The notes: a model not told the origin generated them from the sequence alone. A stretch of DNA of 64,000 bases from Anthoceros angustus (GCA_010909165.1 MU008168.1:682001-746000), one strand, 5' to 3'; shown: positions 12,630-25,330, numbered from the stretch's first letter. Numbers and translations are program-made.

Positions 12630-13102
12630 TGAAGGATCTTGCGCGAGATGCTCCAAGGGTAGCCGATAGGCAAGACAGATGTTATTTTGAAGGCGCCTGG
12701 GGAGACATCGAAACAGACGAGATCAAGAAAAACGGGTTTCGTAGAGAGCCAAAAGGTTATTAGCTTGTCTATGAAGCCACTACTAGGACCCCGAAAGAGG
12801 CTCAGAGTGAGAATATGGGCTTGGAGTCAGGGGAGCAACGACAGAAGAAGAATCCAGCCGCAATGGAGCCTCCCACGTTGTCCGGTTGAAGTCCTTGTGA
12901 ACTAAGCCGATGTGGTTCCTAACCTCCCGAGCTCTGAAAAATTTTCCACAGACAAGGCAAAGAGTATCTCGGGCGGAGGTCGAAAAAGGCCCCATGGTAG
13001 AGAATACCCTAAAAGAGAACACCTTGGCACCACCGTACCCGGCAAGTGGTGGGCCCTACCGGTCCTTGTCCCTATGGTGAAGCCGCCACTTGACCTCTCC
13101 TT

Positions 13103-13203
13103 GTGGAGGGCCCCACCCGACGTGTCCTTGTCGTGGGCCCCCACCTGACTGTTCCTGTGGTGGGCCCCATTAGACCTGTCCCTGTGGAGGGCCCCACCTG
13201 ACC
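13103..13203. repeat. 27-bp minisatellite, ~4 copies
   Basis: gtggagggccccacccgacgtgtcctt-like units; the minus strand encodes repeated VGP(S/T)T peptides. Confidence 0.85.
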
Positions 13204-13461
13204 TATGGACGCCCCGCACGCTTGGCCCAACTCCGCCGCGTGACCCCGGCCTGTGCCTCCATGCGGCCCTACTCCGCTGCACAGCCGGCCCACCGCGCGG
13301 CCGCGCCTGTGAGCGGCCCTACTTTTCCATGCGGCTGAGGGCCATCGCACTCCCGAGGCCAACGCTGCTGGGCCCTAAGCTGCTGCACGGACCGACCCTA
13401 GGCCGCCGTGCGGCCGGCCCGCCAGCCGCTCATCAGATTTCCTTGCGTTGATCGCGGAATC

Positions 13462-13550
13462 CTGAAACACCAATTGATGAATTGAACCACTGAAACACCA
13501 CTTGATGAACTGAACTACTAGAACACCATTTGATAATTGAACTACTGAAA
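13462..13550. repeat. 28-bp tandem repeat, ~3 copies, at the presumed CRE 5' end
   Basis: ctgaaacacca.ttgatgaa.tgaac.a starts at 13462, 13490 and 13518. Confidence 0.9.
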
Positions 13551-14376
13551 TTGGCAGCCCATAAAGGTCTGTAGTAGGTGGAAACTAGACGGCATGTTGG
13601 ATGGAAAAGCTAATGGTGAGGGCTAGAGGAGCTGGGCGTGGCGATCGCGAGCAGCATGAGCGCGGTGACAGACTCTCTCCCGGGAAAGGTAGTCCTGGTA
13701 GCGGGAGAGTCCTCCGGGCTGGGCATAGCTTTCTACCAGAGCTTGGCAGCGAATGGGTTCGACGTGGTGTGCGCTGCTCGCAAGGCCGAGCGACTGCAAT
13801 CCCTGTGATATGAGCTGAACCGGCGGGCGGAGGAGGACAAGACGGGCCTGAGCAGGAGAGCGGCCATTGTAGAGTTGGATATGACCGGCAGCGAGGCCGC
13901 CATCCCCGAGGCAGTTGCTCAGGCTTGGAGCAAGTTCGGGCAAATCGATGTACTAGTGAACAACGCCGGCATGTGAGGCACCATGGCTGGGCTGCTGGAA
14001 GCGGACTCGAGCGAGTGGGACACAATCATGGCCACCAACGCCAAGAGAACCATGCTCATTGTTAACGCTATGAGGAGGCTGATGCAAGACCTGCCCTTCG
14101 CCTCCAAGGCCCCGCGCTCCATCATCAACATCTCTTCCGTGGCTGCCCTGCCCAGGGAAAAGGCCATGGGAAGCCTCATCTACGCCAGCTCCAAAGGGGC
14201 GGTGCATGAAATGACTGAGGTCCGGAACTCAAAACCCTAATTTCATGCTTGTTGAGTTCGTGAACTCGAAACCCTAATTCCATGCTCGTATTGGCTGCTA
14301 CGTGCATAAACTGTTTCTTCATCTGATAATGGAACGCATAGGCAATGGCCCAGGAGCTAGGGATGTACAACATAAG

Positions 14377-14565
14377 AAGAAGAAGAAAAAGAATTTTATT
14401 TAAGTCCACTAAGGACAGATTTCCATCATGGGACTTGGTAGTTAACAACTTGTACCATGGTATGCCTAAGCTACTTGCACTAAGGGCATCCATTCCCTTT
14501 AGGCACCCCATCTAAGTACCGATCCAAGTGCAGGATGCTTAATAACCATGTTCTTATAAATGTAC
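14377..14565 (-). mobile_element. Short ~200-bp dispersed repeat with AATAAA and a (TTC)n tail, inserted antisense in SDR exon 2
   Basis: Homologous to 17814-18012, 18060-18200, 18420-18633 and 23440-23625. ATAAG is duplicated at 14372-14376 and 15218-15222. Confidence 0.7.
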
Positions 14566-15210
14566 ACACAATACACAATAAGTCAGGGAGAAAATTGAAG
14601 TAAACGCCATCTTTAACACCAGACATTTCTGACACCTTTCTTTGTTTCCTTTGGAATTTGCTTCTTCATCCACATATATCCCTCTTTAAATTCTCCTATA
14701 TACTGATGTATATAAGATAGTATACAACATATTTCATGCTTGTATAGGAGGGAATATCTGAGCACATGACCACACGCACATGAAGGCACATCTGAGGCGA
14801 AGCGCGGGTTAGAAGACAAGGCCGGATCTCATACAGACAATGATCTATGGCTTCTTAATCGCAAGATGGAGGCGCACTCCCTTCTATATCTAGAAGCCAT
14901 AGATTAGAAGGGAGTGCGCCTCCATCTTGCGATTAAGAAGCCATAGATCATTGTCTGTATGAGATCCGGCCTCTTTTCTCTAATCCGCTTGTCAGCTCAT
15001 GTGTGGTCGCATGGCCTGTGATATTCCTCCTATACAAGCATGAAATATGTTGTATACTATCTTATATACATCGGTATATAGGAGAATTTAAAGAGGGATA
15101 TATATGGATGAAGAAGCAAATTCCAAAGGAAATAAGAAAGGTGTCGGAAATGTCTGGTGGTAAAGATGGCGTTTCCTTCAATTTTCTCTCTGGCTTATTG
15201 TGTATTGTGT
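14566..15210. mobile_element. ~645-bp foldback / MITE-like near-perfect inverted repeat
   Basis: Left arm 14566-14886 is the reverse complement of 14905-15210. The inner ~67 bp are perfect (ggccggatctcatacagac...cccttcta / tagaaggg...gagatccggcc) around an 18-nt loop. Confidence 0.9.
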
Positions 15211-15959
15211 GGCCACTATAAGGATCAACGCTGTAGCGCCTGGTCTCTTCCGGTCCGAAATCACCGAGGGTTTGTACCACAAGAACTGGCTGCCCAAAGT
15301 AGCCGCCAAGATAGTGCCCCTCATACGGTACCGGTGGGGACAGACTGACCCGGAGCTCACCTCGCTCATTCTCTACCTTGGCAGCGATGCCTCTGCCTAT
15401 GTCACAGGTGTTTTCGTTGTGCACGGTGCCACCACTATTCCTGGCCATCTCTTCTCCTCGCTCTAGCTCTCTCATGAATCTGCTCACTCACTGCTGCCTA
15501 TGACCCACCACCAGCTATGTGAAGGACAGCCAGGTCATCATTCGCCGGAGGGCGGATGGACGGACCACATACATATATACCAAGCCATGGAACATGTGCA
15601 CATTCCCATATGCTCTCCCGAGTGATAAACCTAATTCGAAGCGTGCACCACGCGGCACATTCCGCACGATTTTCAAGAGTCTCCTCATAACGTGTGCCTG
15701 CATACGTGCATAACCGTGATAAGAAATGGAGGGACGTGGAGATTGTATCCAAAAAACGATATGGGAAATCCCAGCTACGAGAGAAAGGGTGAGCAACCCT
15801 CATGAAGGACCCTGGGCCAAGGGGGACTAGCCTCCACAATTGCTCATCTTGAAATTACCTACTGCTTCGGGAATTTCATGGTCCGAGATATGAAAATGCC
15901 TACCTAATATCGAGGCCAAAGATGCTGCATCCCTTGCGCTTGCCGCCGTCCTACACATC

Positions 15960-17700
15960 ATGTACAAAGCCATGGACACGTTACAGAAAGCACCAACCTT
16001 ACATTCTTCCGCTTCTCTCTCAAGTTGCTCGGACTCCAGCTGTACGTTCTCCAGCATTTCCACTTCCAAAGCAAGAGCCTTCTTAGCACTCTCGTTCGCT
16101 AGCTTGAGCCCATCCGCAGCTTCTTTCTCCTCCGCTGCCTTGTCCAGAAGGCCATGCAACATAGCCTTGATCTGGCCCAAAAACAGCGGAATACACATTA
16201 CAGGCACCACACAAGACGTTCAATCAAGTAACATCTGCAGGCCAACCAAGATGGTAAAGCTAAGGTATCTTGAAAACCATTTTCTTGTGGAAAAAGGTCA
16301 CCTGACGGATGTTGTGAGCAGCGTTCGTCTTTTCTTCAGTGACCTGAAGAAGGCGTGCCTGAAGCTCACGTGCCTCTGTTGCGAGCACTGCTTTCTCTCG
16401 AAGACTTCTCCGTGATGCTATCACAATAAGGGTTAGAGATTAAGAACTGCTGCTATGAGCAAAACGCGAGAGTCAGGAGTCTACAACATCACCTCTGAAA
16501 GGAAACCATGCCAAGATACTTGATTGTGAAGTAAATAACTCACAATCTCATTTTATGAAGAGCAATTGCCGTTTGATCTCTAACCTCCTTTGCCTTGGCA
16601 AGCATCTCCGCCCCTGCATTCGCAGCATCAACCTTGGCCTGTCTTGCAGCTGCTTCTGCCCTCTCAACTTCATGCCGCAAAGCACAAATCTCTGCAAGGG
16701 CCCCAATCAAATCATCCTGCACGCAGAAAAGAGCACCAGCATCAATTAGAACTCTACGGGATGAATGCTCTCTAAAGCAAACCATCCAACCACAGAGTGC
16801 TAATGTAAGTAGCCATTACCAGCCCGTGCACACAGGCAAGTAGCGAATTACCTTATCATTTGCTTGCTGCACCTTCTGATCCAGAACTTCAATTGTTGGT
16901 GCTTGAGAGGCCGAGCACTGCATGCTTCCCCACATTGCAGGTTCTGATGGCAAAGTACCTTGAATGTCAGAGTAGACAGAGCTGTAGTTTTCATCCCTAG
17001 TAAGCTGTGAGCCAACAAAGTCATCGGACTCAGAGGAGTCACCCTTGATGTCAATGTTCCCAGAATCGTGTCTCCCAGCATCCTCAAATGAGGAACTGTC
17101 AAGTCTGGCAGACTCGTCATCGTTTTCACGATGAACTTCTAGATCACTGAACGAATCATCTTCAGAGTATGCCTCCTCATCATCACTCTGCCCTGGGGAA
17201 GAATAACAGGCCTCCTCATCATCACTCTGCTCTGGGGAAGAATAACAGGCCTCCTCAACATCACTCTGCTCTGGGAAAGAATGACAGGCCTCCTCAACAT
17301 CACTCTGCCCTGGCCCTACGCAGGAAGGGGAGGAGAGGTTTCTTCCCAGTATTTCATGTGACAAAACGTTACCAGTGTTCTTCGTGGAATTTTCATAGGC
17401 ACCTGCTATTACCAGGTTCTTTTCAAGGTGACTGACGTTCTCCGCAGACAATTCAAGACGTCTCATGTTCTCCACGGTCTCCACAGACAAGTCATTGGCT
17501 GTACAGCGAGGTTCAATACGATCTGACCAAGAAGAGCAGGAACCTTCTAAGTTGCCCCAAGTATTGGAAACATAGGTAGTCAGGATAGCTTCAGGTGTCG
17601 GCTTTTCCTGCGTTACTTGCTCAATGATCGGCTGGTCAAGACGGTGACCAACGCCCTGCTGCACATCAGCCAAAAACCGGGTAGGTCACTAACCAATACA
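15960..17700 (-). pseudogene. Partial tandem duplicate (middle exons) of the CUE/coiled-coil gene at 18883-21930
   Basis: Near-identical to ~19680-21415 (MADVQQGVGHRLDQ..., DDLIGALAEICALRHEV..., QIKAMLHGLLDKAAEEK...). It lacks the CUE exons and the 3' exons. Confidence 0.8.
17165..17312. repeat. 39-bp coding repeat x4 (QSDxEEACYSSPE); also at 20881-21030
   Basis: cctcctcatcatcactctgc.ctggggaagaataacagg units. Confidence 0.9.
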
Positions 17701-17781
17701 AGAAAGGGGGAGATCACCCCATTCTTGCGAGAGTGGTAAGCTTGTCGCCCCATTCTTACGATAGTGGTAAGCCTTGGCCAC

Positions 17782-18640
17782 GTTCTTATAAATGTGTGTC
17801 CAAATGGCTTAGGCCAAATGGACACACATTTATAAGAACATGGTTGTTAAGCATCCTGCGCTTGGATCGGTACTTAGATGGGGTGCCTAAAGGGAATGGA
17901 TGCCCTTGGTGCAAGTAGCTTAGGCATACTATGGTATAAGTTGTTAAGTACCAAGTCCCATGATAGAAATCCGTCCTTAGTGGACTTAAATAAAATTTTT
18001 CTTCTTCTTCTTGGCATAGGCCTTGACGAACTTGGAGAAATCCTTACCATGGCCCCATGGATCGGTACTTAGATGGGGTGCCTAAAGGGAATGGATGCCC
18101 TTGGTACAAGTAGCTTAGGCATACTATGGTATAAGTTGTTAAGTACCAAGTCCCATGATAGAAATCCGTCCTTAGTGGACTTAAATAAAATTTTTCTTCT
18201 TCTTCTTGGCATAGGCCTTGACGAACTTGGAGAAATCCTTACCATGGCCCCATGAGTGAGTCTCGATGGCAAGGGGATGAAGGCGTGGCCCTCCTGCATG
18301 GGGGAATTTATATTACAGTCCACTTGGACGGATTTTCTTGTCATGGAACTCGGTACTGAACAACTTGTACCATAGTGGGATTTTCCTGTCATGGAACTTG
18401 GAACTTGGTACTGAACAACAACTTGTACTATAGTGTGCCTAAGCTACTTGCACCAAGGACATCCATTCCCTTTAGGCACCCCATCTAAGGACCAAATAGC
18501 TTGTGCCATGGTGTGTCTAAGCTACTTGCACCAAGGGCATCCACTCCCTTTAAGAACCCCATCTAAGTATCGATCAAAGCGCATAATGCTTAATAATGAT
18601 GTTCTTATAATTGTGTGTCCATTTGGCGTAAGCATTTAAA
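17782..18640. repeat. Cluster of direct and inverted copies of the (TTC)n-tailed short repeat, including a ~194-bp tandem duplication and a 21-bp hairpin
   Basis: 17866-18059 repeats at 18060-18253. IR gttcttataaatgtgtgtcca / tggacacacatttataagaac at 17782-17839. Opposite-orientation copy at 18420-18633. Confidence 0.85.
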
Positions 18641-18882
18641 GGTGTTGATCATTCACCAAGCCATTAGTCTGTGAATCGAGATTCAAACCACGATGGAGCC
18701 ATTAGTCCGTGAGGGTTTTAAAGATAAACTTTCGAATTGTTCACCAAAGCAGCAAAACAGAGTTCCGAAAAAAGATTGAGGAATATATCCCCTAGAACCG
18801 GCTTCAGGGGATGCCCGTACCTCCGGTGAAAATTGGGACACTTCTACGCTTTTGATACCCGATATTCACCCACCAATGATAT

Positions 18883-21800
18883 TTACAACCAAGTGGCTCT
18901 AGTGGCCACATCCCATCGGTGGACCACCTGCCAATTCTCATCTTCCCGCGAACTCGCCTCGTTACCACGATCGCCGAGCAGATTTGACGGCAAACTCACA
19001 TACTCGCTTCCTGTGCTCAAGGTAGTCCCTTCCTGACCGTTAGCACTCTCTGGCGTCTGCGAGTTCTCAGCTGGACCTCCACGAGGGCTGCTGCTCATTA
19101 ACTCCGTGCCAACAGCTCCCTCGGTACGTCCCGCCATGTTTGTGTGTGTTTTCTCGTGATCTAGCCAGTTGTGCAGCTCATTACCTGATTCTGCTGCTGT
19201 TGCTGTCGACCAACGGACACTGCTCGCAGACGTCTGAACTAGAGGAGTTTCAGCTGGCTCCTCAGAAGCATGCTCCACACCAGTCATCTGCACACCATGA
19301 TTGGTAGATGACTTGCTTGAAGTGGAGAGCCTGCCTCCTTGAGTGGACCTTACCGACATGCTCGCTTGCGTTACGTACCCACTACTAGCCGAGAGCGTTA
19401 AATCCTCCACCTGACGTTTCACAACTTCCACATCCTCACAAAGGATGGCCACTTCCCCTCTGGCAAGGCAAGACAATCCACGCACGTTGAGCAACTACAT
19501 AGAGTATTCCTACAGGCTACAATTTCCCAGTGAATGAAGCATGCCAGAAAGACTTACTGAAGGGAATCAACCACGCTCCCACTCTCGATAAGAAATTCAC
19601 GAAGCTGCAGGGCCACCAAGCACAGGGCTCATCAAGATGCTGTCCATTTTGTTCAATACTAAAGAAAAAAGGTAATCACCAACAGAAAGCACCAACCTTC
19701 CTACATTCTTCCGCTTCTCTCTCAAGTTGCTCGGACTCCAGCTGTACGTTCTCCAGCATTTCCACTTCCAAAGCAAGAGCCTTCTTAGCCGCACTCTCGT
19801 TCGCTAGCTTGAGCCCATCCGCAGCTTCTTTCTCCTCCGCTGCCTTGTCCAGAAGGCCATGCAACATAGCCTTGATCTGGCCCAAAAAACAGCGGAATAC
19901 ACATTACAGGCACCACACAAGACGTTCAATCAAGTAACATCTGCAGGCCAACCAAGATGGTAAAGCTAAGGTATCTTGAAAACCATTTTCTTGTGGAAAA
20001 AAGGTCACCTGACGGATGTTGTGAGCAGCGTTCGTCTTTTCTTCAGTGACCTGAAGAAGGCGTGCCTGAAGCTCACGTGCCTCTGTTGCGAGCACTGCTT
20101 TCTCTCCGAAGACTTCTCCGTGATGCTATCACAATAAGGGTTAGAGATTAAGAACTGCTGCTATGAGCAAAAACGCGCAGGGAGTCAGGAGTCTACAACA
20201 TCACCTCTGAAAGGAAACCATGCCAAGATACTTGATTGTGAAGTAAATAACTCACAATCTCATTTGCTTGAAGAGCAATTGCCGTTTGATCTCTAACCTC
20301 CTTTGCCTTGGCAAGCATCTCCGCCCCTGCATTCGCAGCATCAACCTTGGCCTGTCTTGCAGCTGCTTCTGCCCTCTCAACTTCATGCCGCAAAGCACAA
20401 ATCTCTGCAAGGGCCCCAATCAAATCATCCTGCACGCAGAAAAGAGCACCAGCATCAATTAGAACTCTACGGGATGAATGCTCTCTAAAGCAAACCATCC
20501 AACCACAGAGTGCTAATGTAAGTAGCCATTACCAGCCCGTGCACACAGGCAAGTAGCGAATTACCTTATCATTTCTTGCTTGCTGCACCTTCTGATCCAG
20601 AACTTCAATTGTTGGTGCTTGAGAGGCCGAGCACTGCATGCTTCCCCACATTGCAGGTTCTGATGGCAAAGTACCTTGAATGTCAGAGTAGACAGAGCTG
20701 TAGTTTTCATCCCTAGTAAGCTGTGAGCCAACAAAGTCATCGGACTCAGAGGAGTCACCCTTGATGTCAATGTTCCCAGAATCGTGTCTCCCAGCATCCT
20801 CAAATGAGGAACTGTCAAGTCTGGCAGACTCGTCATCGTTTTCACGATGAACTTCTAGATCACTGAACGAATCATCTTCAGAGTATGCCTCCTCATCATC
20901 ACTCTGCCCTGGGGAAGAATAACAGGCCTCCTCATCATCACTCTGCTCTGGGGAAGAATAACAGGCCTCCTCAACATCACTCTGCTCTGGGAAAGAATGA
21001 CAGGCCTCCTCAACATCACTCTGCCCTGGCCCCTACGCAGGAAGGAGGAGAGGTTTCTTCCCAGTATTTCATGTGACAAAACGTTACCAGTGTTCTTCGT
21101 GGAATTTTCATAGGCACCTGCTATTACCAGGTTCTTTTCAAGGTGACTGACGTTCTCCGCAGACAATTCAAGACGTCTCATGTTCTCCACGGTCTCCACA
21201 GACAAGTCATTGGCTGTACAGCGAGGTTCAATACGATCTGACCAAGAAGAGCAGGAACCTTCTAAGTTGCCCCAAGTATTGGAAACATAGGTAGTCAGGA
21301 TAGCTTCAGGTGTCGGCTTTTCCTGCGTTACTTGCTCAATGATCGGCTGGTCAAGACGGTGACCAACGCCCTGCTGCACATCAGCCAAAAACCGGGTAGG
21401 TCACTAACCAATACAAGGTTATTGTAGGATTATCAAACGGATGCCGTCCTTAGTCTGTTCACCTTCTACAAAAAAGAACATGGCCCAACTTCTCCCAGGG
21501 CACTAAAGTGGCAGTGTGAAAGGGTTTGTAACAACGAGAAGCAGAAACGCACTTGAGTTGGATAACTTCCTGTTTGCTCGACGGCAATCCCACGGCTCAC
21601 TTCTGTAAGAGATGATAAGGGCGTGGGCCCATTTCGCTCTGGCAGCACTTCATTGAGAATGGATTCAACACAGGCAGCCATATCGGACCCATGCTCAAGT
21701 ATGGTCGCGTTGATTATACGGTAATCCACCTGCCCCGGCCACAGAAGAGCTCAACAACCTCCGTGCTAAGCTCAACATTCCAACCCACAGGACCTCCTAT

Positions 21801-21930
21801 CCAAGTCAGCAATTTTCCCGTTCTCTGAACCCTAAGCAAAACAAAGCTTCCTCTGACAAATAGAACCAAAGCTACCTGAGGGAACATCTCGCAAAGAGGT
21901 CGGAACACCGCCCGCCGAGCAGATACCCTC
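18883..21930 (-). CDS. Plant CUE-domain plus coiled-coil protein (ELKS/CAST-annotated plant family), multi-exon; start codon not located
   Basis: N-terminal AVFRPLCEMFPQ|VDYRIINATILEHGSDMAACVESILNEVL is CUE-like. Coiled-coil exons follow, then LRELLIESGSVVDSLQ..GEVAILCEDV. GT-AG introns. Confidence 0.7.
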
Positions 21931-23439
21931 CGGAACCACTCACTGTGCACAAAACAACTCCACCACGATGAGCGCCAATTGCAACAGCAGCAAAACCAGC
22001 GAATTCCATGCTGAATTTCCAAATTCACCACTCTCCCACCCAGAAAACAACCACAGGCTGCCTCCAGCGCGTCAGAAAGAGCAAGACGGCAGTGCACACA
22101 TGCAAGGGTCGAATTCCTGTGACCTTGACCTGCGACGCTGCAATTCGACCTACAACAAGACCAGACCTTCTACACCCAATACACAAGGCAGAGAGACGGA
22201 CCTGTGGTCGTCCTCCAGGACCATCTCTTGTTGGTCAGCCATATTGCGCAAACAACTTCTAACGACGAGGGCGAGAGAGTGTCGCACCCAGGCGCAGATC
22301 CCTGAGAGCAAGCCACTTCAGCGTAGTCGTGGAGATCACGGTCCGCTCTCTGGCGTAATTGGAGAGTAATCTCCTATCTGCATGCTCCTCTTATGAGCTC
22401 CGTGGGAGCCTACACTGAGTATGAGCCGGCAAAAGTCGGGACCCCTTTATGGTTCCGACCATTTCTGGCCTCTCCCTTATTAACAGGTGGCTAAATCTCT
22501 ATATGTACAGTTCTTTCCTCATCTGATCGCGGGCTGGGGTTGCTGGGAGATACAGACTAGAATAGACTCATTCTTCATCTTCCACTCGTGCACGCTGCGG
22601 TTTGCAGCGGGATGATGTGTTGTGGGCTCTCTTCAGCTAGCCCCTTCTCCCAGTACTCGTACTCGGGTGGCCTCCCCCTCAACTCTGTGTCGTCCCTACC
22701 CTGGTTTTCTTCCTTTCCCCTCTCGGCCTCTTTCCCCTCTATCGGCTTCTGTCCACCATTCCACACCAGCTCACTGCGCCCCCCACTCCCCCACACAACA
22801 AACCTTCCCTACACACCAGCATAGCAGATCGACCTAACCCACCACTCGCCACCACCATGATCCCTGGTTCACTGGCGAGTATGCACGCAAACAGGGAGTT
22901 CAGTTCGTGGGACCGATACCCCCTCTCCACCTCCTTGGTTCTTCGAGACATCCCCGCAACATCTTCACACAATACTTGCCTCTGTTGGCAGTCGGGGACT
23001 AGCTTTGACGAGGTGCTTGTAATTGACTAGCGATGCATGCCTGGGTCGTCTATTTGTGCCAAATGGGGGGCTGCCACCCTGAGTGCAGGTGCACGAGTGC
23101 ACTACTTGCGACTGAGAGAGCAAACCTGCATCCAAACCATGTTAGGGGAACTAGGCCGCTATCCCTTCAACTCTTCACCTATCAGCACTGAAGCAAACTA
23201 CAGTTCGTGACTTCCGTTCAGCAAGCTGCGATCCTGCTCGAGGCACATATTCTGGCATGCCAGCGAGCAATGTCCCACAAGCGAGACTCCATTTCTGGGC
23301 ATCGGCATTGGGTGTCAATTTATAACATCCCGCAGCATTCTGATATCACAACCCGAGCAGCAATACCTCGTCATCACCTCGAGTCCGCAAGCTCTCCCGA
23401 CATAGTAAACGAAAACCGATCGGAGACTCCAGTCCAAAT

Positions 23440-23625
23440 AGCTTACGCCAAATGGACACACATTTATAAGTGCGTTGTGATTAAGCATCCTGAGCTTAGA
23501 TCGTTACTTAGATGGGGTGCCTAAAGGGAGTGGATGCCCTTGGTGCAAGTAGCTTAGGCACACCATGGTATAAGTTGTTAAGTATCAAGTAATGGACTTA
23601 AATAAAATTCTTCTTTTCTTCTTCT
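23440..23625 (+). mobile_element. Copy of the (TTC)n-tailed short repeat
   Basis: gcttacgccaaatggacacacatttataag...ggacttaaataaaattcttcttttcttcttct. Confidence 0.75.
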
Positions 23626-25330
23626 TTGGACAATATATCCAATTCCGCCGAAAGTTTTCTACTTGTTTCGAAACATATCTTTTATCCCCGAACATGTTGG
23701 TTTTTTTAATAAAATTTAAAAGATCAAAATTCTTTTTATGAAGACCATTTTTTTCGTTGAGACACTGTTTGATAGTTTGCCATGACGGTTCTTTAAAATG
23801 CACCCACAACACGTGCACGAGCAAATATAAAGTACAAGCATATTTGCTATCTTGACCAACATCAAGGTGAACAACTTGGCAGCGCCCATGTCAAAAGTCA
23901 TCCGCGGCAGATGCCACTCCCACGCCGCACACAAACACTTCCTTATGCACTATCTAGCAATATAACAAACACAATTTGTCAACAGTGAACTACAAACTAT
24001 ACTACCGTACCCCAAGGGGTGATTCGGCTTTAATTAATTAAAATTAATAGAAGTTGAAAATTCAGAAATTACTATACTTAAAACGCCGAATGTATAAAAA
24101 TTTACGAGTTTAAGATGCCGCAAACAAGGAAAAGGTAAGGAGCAGGCTGGCGGGGTTTGGGAGACCGAGTAGGTCTGATCGAGATCAGGATCGCCCGGGA
24201 ACACACGGATCCCGTTCTCGATCAGGCCTCACTCATAGTAGGCGCCTGCAGGAGAGCTACGAGCCCATCCATGGTGTGCTAGAGGGGCGAGGCGGCCTGC
24301 ATGGTCATGGGAGGCGGTGGGGCCGAGGAGGCGGTGGGGATGCAAGAGGCGTGATTGAGGCGGCAGGCTGCAGCAGGTGAGGCCGTAGCAGCTGAGGTGG
24401 CTGAGGCAGCTACAGTGATGAGCCGATGGTGCACTACCTTTTGCTCGACTTAGAAAACTAGGGCTTGTTTGAAAAGCTAGAGGTTATTTAGAAAACTAGG
24501 GTTTGTGTGGAAAATTAGGGCCTGTTTAGGGGAGGTCTATACATATCTATTAGTTATGTATAGATATCTATGTATCCTAATAAATGTTGAAATTTGATAA
24601 AATTATTTTAAATAGATTTTGAAAATATAAATATTTATTTTGAACCTTATTTATTTTTAAAAAATAATTATTTCGGCATAACCTTGTTGAACCACCCTTC
24701 GGAGTACGGTAGCTTTGTTCTGCAAAGATTGATCTGTTAACGTCAAATTCTATGTTAATGTCACTGCGGGCATTTGGTCCTGCGTCACCATGTCGGTTTC
24801 CATACTAGCATGGGGAATGGGTGTTTAGAGTAATATGGAGAGTGGCTATTGCCGCATTGAGTTCAGGGTCTATATGCCGTGTGGGTGTGGGTTGACCCGC
24901 GTTGGCTTTAGGATTTATCGCACGCTTCGCGCGGGCTAGGCGATAATTAACTAACTTGACAGTGGTGATATGGTTAACAAGGAAGTCCCCCAACCGAGAA
25001 CTGATCCGCCAAGACGTCGTTTAATCCAGAGTTTCGGTAGAATCCGGTGTGTCAATCCTACATTGATAGTTTATATGCAGCCATTGCGGAAACGGACAGG
25101 TTGGGGACAAAAATGAAACATAAGTAAAATATTAATAATAAAAATATTTTATTTCATCTGAATAACGGAAAGATGAACTGGAAAGGAGGCGGTCATCCAC
25201 CATTGGAAAGGCCGTGCTTCCGTGAATCGGAATTCCTTTTTTCTCAGATTTTTGAGGCATCTATGCGAACACGAAAATTGAAGGAGTGGCGCATACGAAT
25301 TACCGAAAAAATAGGTCGGAACACCCCCGG

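Larger units (their letters stand above)
12272..13550 (-). mobile_element. 5' half of the same CRE-like element: 5' tandem repeats, N-terminal repeats, C2H2 finger, pre-RT region
   Basis: CLVCGKFFRAREVRNHIGLVH (C2H2, ~12896-12960); LKRCLLLGRAEKYDRAARALRSEPVAPTLEEAISVLHALH (pre-RT motif, 12300-12440); same strand as 3986-5328. Confidence 0.65.
13656..15466 (+). pseudogene. Classical short-chain dehydrogenase/reductase (SDR) pseudogene
   Basis: ATG 13656: GKVVLVAGESSGLG (degenerate TGxxxGxG), QIDVLVNNAG, IINISS, YASSK. Exon 2 AMAQELGMYNIR|INAVAPGLFRSEIT is split by an insertion at 14377-15217. Two in-frame TGA codons in exon 1. Confidence 0.85.

Noticed and set aside
15498-15839. Coding-like segment between the SDR and the CUE duplicate
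   Set aside because: Frames are broken and no family was recognised.
17165-17312. CRISPR-like regular repeats (also 13462-13550 and 13103-13203)
   Set aside because: Head-to-tail repeats without unique spacers, in a eukaryotic context with no cas genes; the 39-bp set is in-frame coding.
23585-25000. Possible DNA-transposon ORF fragments in AT-rich sequence
   Set aside because: No catalytic motif, TIR or TSD could be identified.
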